DNA of 53,604 bases from a virus. Taxonomy: Duplodnaviria; Caudoviricetes. Positions 8,826 to 17,400 of this stretch are shown here, piece after piece (the stretch's first letter is position 1; each line of letters starts with the position of its first letter). The notes below the pieces were generated by a model. The model searched no databases. It saw only the letters and a program-made list of their open reading frames with translations, and was not told the origin of the DNA. A program made the position numbers and the translations under genes. The stretch covers positions 1-53,604 of IMG/VR virus record IMGVR_UViG_3300017782_004909; one strand, 5' to 3'.

Positions 8826-10967
8826 CTACTCTCCGATATACGCTAACACATCAGAAATACTTGTCGGTCTGTCGCTAATGCAACCCTCAAGGCAATACTT
8901 TGCCATAGGAAACGCTTTGTCGAACGCTCGCTTCCTCGCTAATGATTCGCCACTTAACTTCTGTGACTTGAGTCTTTCCATCACATAGTCGTGATTGTAA
9001 TTTTGATTGTAAACTTTTGATTGTTTCAATCTCCAACCATTATAATTTTTTAATAAATTTTTTAAAATTTCATTTAGGTTATCTTTTGGGAACTTAGCAA
9101 TATCTTCCATCAAGGTTTTGTCGTACCCATCAAAAAGCTCTTTCTCTTCGTACCACTTAACATAGTTTTGAATACCCTCGTCTTGCTTGACCAAATCTTC
9201 ATAGACATCATCAAGGCAAATCCAATTATCCTTTTTCTCAATTCGACTCTTTAGGTTTTTACGAACACCCCAAATGCTTTCTTTGAAATTAGGAATGTTT
9301 GATAAATAATTTCTAATGAAATTGTAAGGATTAATTTCACATTCGCCACTTGCACCAAGGTGTTTTCTGTAAGGCTCGAAAGTAATTTTGTTCGCATAGT
9401 AATTAACATAATAGAATGTCTTACTATCGTCATCAAAATCTACATCTTGGTTTATTCCCCAAAAGGAATCAAGATTTGCCCACTCGTGTTGAATACTAGA
9501 GTCAAACTTTAGAATATCCATAGCTGATAAAGATTTCACAACACCTTTCTTCCTAGCTTTCTGTGGAGCAATCATTCGCTCGCACTCTGATAGCAGTTTG
9601 ACATTTGGGTGGTTACAATCTTTGACTCGCTGAACACACAACGCTTGGGTGTCGTATGTGCCATCAATACTATCGGCTTTCATACCCTCTGAATTGATAA
9701 GCACAATCTTGGCGAATCCTCTGTCTATCTTATTCTCTTTCTCAAAGTCGTGTAAGAACAGACATCTTGACTTTGGAGAGCGAGGACTTGGAGAATCATC
9801 AACGATATAAATAACTTTATCACTTGGAGAGTTATCATTGTAACTATACCTTGAATGAGAGAAGCTTAAGTTACCATTTTCTCTAGTGGTAATGTGGGTT
9901 TCTTTGGCAATCCATTCTTTAGGAAACAAACAACCATTCACATCTTTGAACTTCTCAGAAGAGACTTTGAGCTTTGTGCCGAATCTCTGTCTGTAAGTTT
10001 CCATAGCTCTGTACATAATCTCACTAGCTTCATAGAAAGTATCAGCCTTGTCCATCTGACTAGCTAACTCTTCATTGAGCTTGGCGAATATCTTATCTGA
10101 TGCTTTCTTGAGAGCTTGTTTGACTGATGGACTATACTCCAATGTCTCACGACTATGGTGCAACTTAAACTCTCCAATCTCTGCTTTGTAAACAAGACCA
10201 TTCTTGAACATAAACCATTCTTCATCTTTGTTTACCTTGTATGGAATACCACCCATAAGAACATAAGGGTCGTCTCCATAGTGAGCGACATCTTCCCAAT
10301 AACTATTCTCTTTATACAAATCAAATACATCATTGGATTCTTGTGGTTTGCCCAATCTTAAATCTCCCCAATCTTCATTGAGTAGTTTAATATCATCTTT
10401 ACGATACCACCAAGTTTTTTTAAAAATTTTAAAAAATTCTTCAATGTCATTTTTTTTGATTCCTACTTGTACATAGATTCCATCAGCTTCTTTAGTTGGC
10501 TGACTTTCAATCTGTGAGACAATGGTATCGTCTTGTTCGTCCACTCTTATAATATAGGAATGTTTGTGACCTTGGTGTACTGACCTTACAATAAAAGAAT
10601 CTGTGTACGATAAGGGTGCGAATCGCCCAATGCCGAAACCACCGATTGATTCGTTGGAGTCACGCTTGGTTGACTTACCATACTTAGTATAAAGACCAAG
10701 CATATCTTCCTCACTCAAACCACACCCAAAATCTCGTACTATAAAGTTTGGTTCAATTTGGGTTGGTAATTGAATATCTACCTTTTTACTTTTACTAACA
10801 TCAAGTGCATTTGCAATAATTTCACGAATGGTAGCCAACAACGGATTAGAATAGTTGTTCCGTAAAAGAGAAGCGATATATCGCATATCCTCTTGGTCAA
10901 TCGAACAAGACCTTTCTTTAAAGTCTGCTGATTTAGTTATGTTTTTGTGGTTGGATTTAATAATCAT
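8826..10967 (-). CDS. rIIA: rIIA-like protein (N-terminal GHKL ATPase)
   Basis: REIIANALD, VRDFGCGLS, YGKSTKRDSNESIGGFGIG, SRETLEY. Confidence 0.85.
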   Translation of the reverse strand: MIIKSNHKNITKSADFKERSCSIDQEDMRYIASLLRNNYSNPLLATIREIIANALDVSKSKKVDIQLPTQIEPNFIVRDFGCGLSEEDMLGLYTKYGKSTKRDSNESIGGFGIGRFAPLSYTDSFIVRSVHQGHKHSYIIRVDEQDDTIVSQIESQPTKEADGIYVQVGIKKNDIEEFFKIFKKTWWYRKDDIKLLNEDWGDLRLGKPQESNDVFDLYKENSYWEDVAHYGDDPYVLMGGIPYKVNKDEEWFMFKNGLVYKAEIGEFKLHHSRETLEYSPSVKQALKKASDKIFAKLNEELASQMDKADTFYEASEIMYRAMETYRQRFGTKLKVSSEKFKDVNGCLFPKEWIAKETHITTRENGNLSFSHSRYSYNDNSPSDKVIYIVDDSPSPRSPKSRCLFLHDFEKENKIDRGFAKIVLINSEGMKADSIDGTYDTQALCVQRVKDCNHPNVKLLSECERMIAPQKARKKGVVKSLSAMDILKFDSSIQHEWANLDSFWGINQDVDFDDDSKTFYYVNYYANKITFEPYRKHLGASGECEINPYNFIRNYLSNIPNFKESIWGVRKNLKSRIEKKDNWICLDDVYEDLVKQDEGIQNYVKWYEEKELFDGYDKTLMEDIAKFPKDNLNEILKNLLKNYNGWRLKQSKVYNQNYNHDYVMERLKSQKLSGESLARKRAFDKAFPMAKYCLEGCISDRPTSISDVLAYIGE

Positions 10968-11002
10968 TCCTCACATAAAATAGATTTATATGAGTATGTC
11001 AA
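10968..11002 (-). promoter_or_regulatory. sigma70-like promoter for rIIA
   Basis: TTGACA-N16-TTTTAT-N7-ATG. Confidence 0.55.
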
Positions 11003-11034
11003 ACAGAAAAAAGCACCACAAGTGTGTGATGCTT

Positions 11035-11063
11035 CGTAAGTCGTTGGTTTTCAACGATTAAAA
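11035..11063. repeat. 29-bp imperfect palindrome, copy 3
   Basis: cgtaagtcgttgg-ttt-tcaacgattaaaa; same consensus as 413 and 463. Confidence 0.7.
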
Positions 11064-11077
11064 ATTTTCATTTTTTT

Positions 11078-11191
11078 TTACTTTTTACCAAGAACCTTGT
11101 TGATAAGAGCCTTACCTTTACTTAAAAGACAACACTTCTTACCTACAAAATATCCAATAAAAAATACTACTAAAAAAGATACAATATCCAT
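11078..11191 (-). CDS. 37-aa membrane peptide (not in ORF track)
   Basis: MDIVSFLVVFFIGYFVGKKCCLLSKGKALINKVLGKK*. Confidence 0.5.
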   Translation of the reverse strand: MDIVSFLVVFFIGYFVGKKCCLLSKGKALINKVLGKK

Positions 11192-11208
11192 AATTTTTTT
11201 AAATTTTT

Positions 11209-11505
11209 TTAATTCTTTTTGGGACTTTTCTTAGGAGTCGTTTTATTGGCAACTCTTTTCTTAGCTACCTTTTTTTTAGCAGTCTTTTTAGTTGCAGTTT
11301 TCTTTGGCGTAGAGGCGATTTTTTCTGCCATTTTCTTAGCTACCTCTTTCTTGCCACTACTTGCGTAGGTTGGCTTGGTTGCGTATGATGTCTTATTTGG
11401 CTCACAAGACTTCGTTGAGCATTTCTTGCCCTTCTTCCATTCAATAATGGATAGGACAACTATAGCACCTACAATGTAGGTTAGTGGGTTTGATAATAAT
11501 TCCAT
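11209..11505 (-). CDS. Membrane-anchored Lys/Ala-rich (histone H1-like tail) protein
   Basis: N-terminal TM followed by KKTATKKTAKKKVAKK repeats. Confidence 0.7.
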   Translation of the reverse strand: MELLSNPLTYIVGAIVVLSIIEWKKGKKCSTKSCEPNKTSYATKPTYASSGKKEVAKKMAEKIASTPKKTATKKTAKKKVAKKRVANKTTPKKSPKKN

Positions 11506-11548
11506 ATATATATACTTATTTGCGATTTATTTTATTTGGTGAGCGATT

Positions 11549-11827
11549 TTAGACTTCGTCTGAGTCTTTATGTTTATCTGTGATGTGACGCTCTTGAATA
11601 AGAATCTTAAGTTTCATATTCAATCTAATCATATCATTATCTAATGATTGTACTTGCTTCTTTAGCTTTCCTAATGAAGCACCCACATCACTTAAAGCAG
11701 GATTTACTTTTGTTGTGACCCATTTCCAAATGTGCCAAACAAAGAATCCGAGTCCGATTAACGCTATTAGCGAGAATCCGAATTTGCTGACTAGGTCAGC
11801 CCAATGTTGAAATTCATATCCACTCAT
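11549..11827 (-). CDS. Single-TM coiled-coil protein, holin-like
   Basis: KFGFSLIALIGLGFFVW TM, then LDNDMIRLN coiled coil; resembles its upstream neighbour. Confidence 0.6.
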   Translation of the reverse strand: MSGYEFQHWADLVSKFGFSLIALIGLGFFVWHIWKWVTTKVNPALSDVGASLGKLKKQVQSLDNDMIRLNMKLKILIQERHITDKHKDSDEV

Positions 11828-11844
11828 AATATCTTATTTGGCTT

Positions 11845-11872
11845 ATACTAACTCGAAAAGTGATTTTGTCAA
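11845..11872 (-). promoter_or_regulatory. sigma70-like promoter
   Basis: TTGACA-N16-TAGTAT. Confidence 0.6.
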
Positions 11873-11873
11873 G

Positions 11874-12158
11874 TTAATCATCTCGACAATCCTCTTTGCC
11901 CTCACTCGCTGCAATTCTATCCATATTTGGCTCACAACCAAACGCACACGAAAATTGTGCATCAATCTTTACTATGTCGTTGTTCATTACATCTACTTTA
12001 TTTTCGAGCGATAGTAACGAGTTTGAAATACTTGAAATCTTGTCTGTTACTTGAGCTAAAAGAAATTTAATAATAATAAACAGAAACCAACCAACTGCCA
12101 ATGCACTTGTAATTGGTACTCCTATTTGTTCTACAAAGTTTAATATATCTCCTATCAT
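11874..12158 (-). CDS. Single-TM coiled-coil protein, holin-like (YvrJ-like GxP motif)
   Basis: QIGVPITSALAVGWFLF TM, then MNNDIVKID coiled coil. Confidence 0.6.
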   Translation of the reverse strand: MIGDILNFVEQIGVPITSALAVGWFLFIIIKFLLAQVTDKISSISNSLLSLENKVDVMNNDIVKIDAQFSCAFGCEPNMDRIAASEGKEDCRDD

Positions 12159-12195
12159 AATGTCTTATTTGGTTTTTTTTTAATCGTCAAGCGAT

Positions 12196-12681
12196 TTATC
12201 CTTTACGTCCTCCTGGTGTGAAGTAGAATCCAATGATTGCCCCCAAAGTGGTGATTGCAACAAGAGAGATGTGTCCCGTCGTAATACTGGTGGTAATATC
12301 TGCTCCACTCGGGAAAGTAATGAGTCCCCAGAGGATTTGGGTGGGTTCTTTATTTTCGGGGGGAGTGAAGGTGACGAGAGTGACTCCAGGGTAGAGGGTG
12401 CAGAGTATCGAGATGATTGCAAAGTTGAGCATCCCCATAAAAGCGATAAGACGACGAGTAGCACGAGTAAACATGCCAGTATCTTTGTCAGTTTCGCCAA
12501 TGAGCATTTTTTGAAATTCAATGTCCATTCCACGGATTTGCATGTCTCTAATAAGTTCACGACGTTCTTTCGCAGCTTTAGACTCTGAAATACCTTGAAA
12601 AGTGCCACCAAGAATCTTAAGCATACTGCCCATCCCAGTCGCCCCAAGTGTCGATAATAGCATCGTGACAAGTCCAAACAT
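12196..12681 (-). CDS. Multi-TM holin-like membrane protein
   Basis: Hydrophobic N-terminus, two further TM segments, C-terminal IIGFYF; start supported by GTGTAA-N8-ATG. Confidence 0.6.
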   Translation of the reverse strand: MFGLVTMLLSTLGATGMGSMLKILGGTFQGISESKAAKERRELIRDMQIRGMDIEFQKMLIGETDKDTGMFTRATRRLIAFMGMLNFAIISILCTLYPGVTLVTFTPPENKEPTQILWGLITFPSGADITTSITTGHISLVAITTLGAIIGFYFTPGGRKG

Positions 12682-12689
12682 AACTTCAT

Positions 12690-12695
12690 TTACAC
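12690..12695 (-). promoter_or_regulatory. GTGTAA motif (putative phage late promoter)
   Basis: GTGTAA-atgaagtt-ATG. Confidence 0.6.
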
Positions 12696-12720
12696 TATAA
12701 TAATACTATTTGGAAATTTT

Positions 12721-12966
12721 TCAACTGTTAGGCGTAAACTGAAAAGCTATTCTGCCATATTGATGCTCTTTATCGCCTATCCAAGCAGAAAATTCAATAA
12801 ATGTTTCTCCTACGATAAATTCAAGCAATTCTACAAAAAACTCCTCATTTTGAAATTTAAGGGTGTAGTTTTTATGAAATTGATAAACCAATTCTCCTTC
12901 ACCAGATTTGTCCATTAGTCTTTTGCAACCATCATTGGTGCCTATTACTTTTAAATGACCTTTCAT
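12721..12966 (-). CDS. Hypothetical protein
   Basis: 81-aa ORF preceded by GTGTAA-N8-ATG. Confidence 0.65.
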   Translation of the reverse strand: MKGHLKVIGTNDGCKRLMDKSGEGELVYQFHKNYTLKFQNEEFFVELLEFIVGETFIEFSAWIGDKEHQYGRIAFQFTPNS

Positions 12967-12974
12967 ACTATATT

Positions 12975-12980
12975 TTACAC
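12975..12980 (-). promoter_or_regulatory. GTGTAA motif (putative phage late promoter)
   Basis: GTGTAA-aatatagt-ATG. Confidence 0.6.
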
Positions 12981-12981
12981 A

Positions 12982-13404
12982 TTATTCTTCGACATTTCTT
13001 CTTTCAATGTCATCTTCTTCGCAGGCAATTCCTCTCTGAATTTCCATCACATAACAAACAGAGTCTCCGTTGTTAGTAGCTTGGTGCCATTGACCCATAT
13101 TAACGTGACAAATTGCACCTCGAGCAAGTGGTCTATAATAAGAATATTGATCTTCACCCTCTGGTTCAGTTAAATACTGCTGTTCCATTAATGGCACTGT
13201 ATTAGAATCAATAGACAATTTCATCTCTAAGCCACCTTCCAATATTATCCAAGTTTCTGCTCTTTTAAAATGCCTTTGATCTGACAAAGATTGACCAGGA
13301 TTTATATAAAGATTTTTAATTTTATAGCTGTCGAAGGAGTCTGCACTACCAGTAACATGTTTAATTACTTCGTAATAACCCCATGATTTATTTACTTGTT
13401 CCAT
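12982..13404 (-). CDS. Mannose-6-phosphate isomerase type II-like cupin
   Basis: KSWGYYEV, INPGQSLSDQRHFKRAETW, WHQATN, EIQRG...EEDDIER. Confidence 0.8.
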   Translation of the reverse strand: MEQVNKSWGYYEVIKHVTGSADSFDSYKIKNLYINPGQSLSDQRHFKRAETWIILEGGLEMKLSIDSNTVPLMEQQYLTEPEGEDQYSYYRPLARGAICHVNMGQWHQATNNGDSVCYVMEIQRGIACEEDDIERRNVEE

Positions 13405-13877
13405 ATTGTGTGTGGTAATTCTAAAATATCTTCCATTTTTATGATTGAGATTAAATCTTTTCTACCTGCTCTTTGATAACCTTTGTAGAGTGCATCACTA
13501 CTATTAGTTACCTTATCTTCAATATTACACTTGACCTTAGCCATGCCTAATAAATAATTCCGTTTTACTAAAACAAAATCGTTTTCTCTTTCAAAAGCTA
13601 TGATATCTACTGCTGATTTAAGCCAACCATTACGACCTTGGACATTTAAAAATTCAACCCACACCAATTCATCTTGCTCGTTACTGTCAGACCTGCTGAT
13701 TCTTTTTTGAGCTTTAACATCTATTGTACCAAAACTTGTGTGGTAATCAATGTGGCGAAATTGATTTTCTCTATTTGCTTTTTTATAATTCGGATCACGT
13801 TTCTTTAAAAGTTTTGTAAACTCTTTTTCTACGCGTTGACCACGATTCCAGCTTTTTGTACCCTTCCAATTACTCAT
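13392..13877 (-). CDS. PD-(D/E)XK endonuclease-like protein
   Basis: G..VEKEF, HIDY, IDVKAQK, WVEFLNVQGRNGWL. Confidence 0.65.
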   Translation of the reverse strand: MSNWKGTKSWNRGQRVEKEFTKLLKKRDPNYKKANRENQFRHIDYHTSFGTIDVKAQKRISRSDSNEQDELVWVEFLNVQGRNGWLKSAVDIIAFERENDFVLVKRNYLLGMAKVKCNIEDKVTNSSDALYKGYQRAGRKDLISIIKMEDILELPHTIWNK

Positions 13878-14035
13878 TTTTTCTTTTCTAAGTTTTTCTT
13901 AATTGCATCATCTATTTTAGGCGTAACCTTACGACCCACATGTTCATTAAAAACCATATCGCCAGATGAACGACCATATAGCTTGCCTATGTTACTCTTA
14001 AACTGAGTTCTTCCTTTAAGTGTCTTTTTTGCCAT
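13874..14035 (-). CDS. 53-aa basic protein (not in ORF track)
   Basis: MAKKTLKGRTQFKSNIGKLYGRSSG...KKNLEKKK*; ATGA overlap with the downstream gene. Confidence 0.55.
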   Translation of the reverse strand: MAKKTLKGRTQFKSNIGKLYGRSSGDMVFNEHVGRKVTPKIDDAIKKNLEKKK

Positions 14036-14219
14036 TGTTTTTAAAAGGTGAATACATTATATAATGCGGGTGTCTGTCTTCTGTTTTAAATTTATTTGGG
14101 AATATCACTATTCTATGTTCAACTCCATCAATTTCAACATAACCAGATAAATAATTACCATTTTTTGCGTTTTTTTTCCATAAAGCGCCTCGTTGTTTTT
14201 CTGTCCATAAACTGCTCAT
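14016..14219 (-). CDS. DUF736-like small protein (possible ssDNA binding)
   Basis: GALWKK..KNGNYLSG...PNK.K...HPHY pattern. Confidence 0.55.
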   Translation of the reverse strand: MSSLWTEKQRGALWKKNAKNGNYLSGYVEIDGVEHRIVIFPNKFKTEDRHPHYIMYSPFKNNGKKDT

Positions 14220-14255
14220 AAAAATACTTATAGACTATAAAATTAAATTTGTCAA
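14220..14255 (-). promoter_or_regulatory. sigma70-like promoter, probably leaderless
   Basis: TTGACA-N17-TATAAG-N7-ATG. Confidence 0.6.
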
Positions 14256-14473
14256 TCATTATCTGGATTATATGGTAAATTAATTCCTGTTAACATATAA
14301 TTAGACAAATCATTTTCAGTATCAGCAGTAACGAGATAGCCAGTGCTATAAATACTTTCATCACCAAATGATCTATCGGGTGGTAAAATAACTCGCTCTA
14401 AATCATATATAGCAAACCATTTATTTGCTTGTAATTGGGTTCCTCCAGTAGGTTGTATTTTTTCTACACTCAT
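14252..14473 (-). CDS. Hypothetical protein, coupled to the large virion-like gene
   Basis: Starts 2 nt after the stop of the 1574-aa gene. Confidence 0.6.
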   Translation of the reverse strand: MSVEKIQPTGGTQLQANKWFAIYDLERVILPPDRSFGDESIYSTGYLVTADTENDLSNYMLTGINLPYNPDND

Positions 14474-14475
14474 AA

Positions 14476-17400
14476 TTAAAGTATTATTGTAAATCCTGCA
14501 GATGTCAATTGTCCTATTATCCCCCCATAAGTTTCTCCATGATAACCAGCATTAAAGGGATTGTCAGCTATAGTGTTGTCAGTATAGGAGGCCCAGAGTA
14601 TGTACGTATCCATATTATTAGTAGGGTGATGGATACGGTCACTAACCGAAGTGATTACAGCACTTTCTCGATTACCATATCTTCTCATATCAATCAATAA
14701 TGGACATGAGTAATTATCTAAATCATTTATTGATGTTTCAATTCCTCTTCCTGTTGCTCTAAGACGTGTATCAGTGCCTGCACCTTGCAGTGGCTCTGCA
14801 AAGTTTCTTCGTCCTCGGAGATGCATAGCATTGTCGTTTCTTAACATACTTATATGAATATTTGGACCGCTACCATAATTAGAGCCATCTCCCTCAGACA
14901 AAACACCTCTAGAGAGGTATTGGGGCGCTTCTGCTCTGTATACATGCTCTTGATCTAGTGGGGATTGATTTCTTCCTGTCATTCCATTAGACCAAAGATT
15001 TTTGTTTGGCCATTCTACTAAATGTCTAGTGCTATTTTCGGTGTAAGTTTTGGTTCCGTTATTTTCAGTTAAGCTATTTATTTCGGTTGTAACTATTTGT
15101 TCTGTGTACGTAGTTTCAACGGTTTTTAAAATATCAAAATTTTGTGCTTCAGTTCCTCCACCAGCCGAAGGTATAGAATCAATTTGCTTAATGTCGCCTT
15201 CTGTTGTTGTAGGTAAATACCGAGTCACATCTAGGCCCAATCCTCTGGGGGTATAAGTGACCGCAGTGTGTCCAAAAATATTATCTTTATTGACCGCAAC
15301 AAGAGGTCTATTTTGAGGAAGAAAGTTTTTGTATGCACCGTTTGGATAATTACTATAATCCCAATAACCAGTTCTTGAATATCTATGTTTGTAATTTGGA
15401 TGACCTTGGTTATACCAACCAAACGCAGAGCCATCTGGTTGGCCACCATTATTTACATCAAGGTTAATAAATCTGTTTTTATTATAATTAGCTCCATCAT
15501 AGTCTGGATTAACTCCATTAAAGCCAGCAAAACGAAAAGGATTGTCAACATTTCTACCATAAAAACCTAGAAGTATACTTAACTTAGCGCCCGTTGTTAA
15601 TGGGCAACCTTTTGCAGAAAAACTACGTAAATTATTTGGGTCGTAGTAACCAGAAACAGTGACGTTTGCTGTGCCGAGCACGCTTGAACCAGGACCGAAC
15701 ATATAAACTGGAGTAGAGAAAGAATGATGCTGATCAGAGTTTGGTAAATGTCTTGATGGCTCAAAGCCAGTGAGGGTTCTACAATTATCTACATTTAAAG
15801 ATTCTAGACTATCTGGAGGAATTGGCAGTTGTGTACCTAATTCATTACCTGTGCCAACTATTTTAAGTGAAGCTATTTTTTGTCTATAATGAAAAAATGG
15901 CATAAAGCCGTCGGGTCTATTTTGAGAATATAATATTGGATCTTTTTGCTCTGAATAAAAGTATTTAGTGAAAGTTTGAAACTCTGCAAAACCATCCCAA
16001 AGCGGGTCGGTGTCGTCATCAGCTACGGATGTTCTAGTCCTTTGTTCTATGCGTGGATCTTCTGTAAGTTTAAGGTGTTTGGGTCTTCTAACATTATATT
16101 GACCAGGATAAACCTCTTCATTAAATACAAAGTTATCCACAAACATACTGTTAAATGTTCGTTCGGTTAATGCACAGAATTGGCCACCAATAGAAAAAGT
16201 TTCTATATTAGTACCTAAAATTGGGAAAGTGCCCCTTAATTTTAGATGAGCAACGCCAGTGTTTAATATATTAGGACTGTCGGTTGCTCTAAAAATATTT
16301 AGACTATTAGTTGTTCTGTTTGTAAAATCTGATTTTCCTGCAGCACCAAATGGCAAGGAGTCGTATCCGATATTTGTACCTCTAAGATCTAAAACCTTTA
16401 GCAGACCTCTTTCAGTTGATTTCGTGGCAAATCCTCCAGCATCTTTAGAATACTGATACCTAGTATAAGTAGTTGATCGAGTATCTAAATTATTTAAACC
16501 TATTACCTGTGTAATCGCTGAACCAAACGCGCTAATTTCTTCCAATCTCATTTTAGTGGGAGTAGCAAGAAAACCTTCTGAAGTAACACCCGCATTTAAG
16601 TCTAGGACGCCACTTAAACCTCTCCTAACATAGTGATAACCACCATATTTATAATCTCGAACTTGATGAAAACTTGTAGCACTGCTAGGAAACACATGGT
16701 TTATATGAGGAGCAGAGGGGTGACTTGTAGCCTTAACCCTATCGAAAAGACCTGTGACTTTATTGTCAATCATAGGATGATTAGCTACACTTGTGAAACT
16801 GGTTTTTTCATTAAAAGAGGCATCTCCAAATTGTGTCCCCATTCTAACTGTGTCTAAAATTTCTGTAACACCATCTTTATTGCTAGCGGGAGAATCAAGG
16901 CTTCTCTGAAAACCTATACCAAATTGAATATCTTCAGCTTCTGGATAAAAAACACCATTAAAAGTAAAGCCTCCTGTGATGGTGACAAACCTTCTATTAT
17001 ATCTTGTTGAAAAATTATTGTGTGGAACAGTACTAGATAAATTATTGTTGGTTAATTTCGGTTGCCAAACAGGACCAAATTTACTGAGTTCAGAATCACC
17101 ACACCAAAGAAATGGAGGCTTTACTTCTCCTCTTGGATTTAAACCACTATTAAAAGGGCCTTTATAATCTTTAATACATTTTGCATAAATGGTATTGGCG
17201 CCAAAATCCCTTGTAGATGCACTTAAATTTGGTATAGGCTCTTCGAAGTCTAATATTTCCCCCAAGTCTTCATATTTGGAATTTTGGTCTCGATTCTCGA
17301 GTTGACAACCCCAAATTAAAGTTTGATCTCCGTCTTTTTTGTACCAAGCGGAAAAAATCATTTCACTAGTTTTCATAAAATCATCATTTTGAATGATATT

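Noticed and set aside
12180-12689. 169-aa alternative-frame ORF and the antisense 12271..12588 ORF
   Set aside because: They overlap the 161-aa membrane protein, whose start fits GTGTAA-N8-ATG, and their sequences look non-protein-like.
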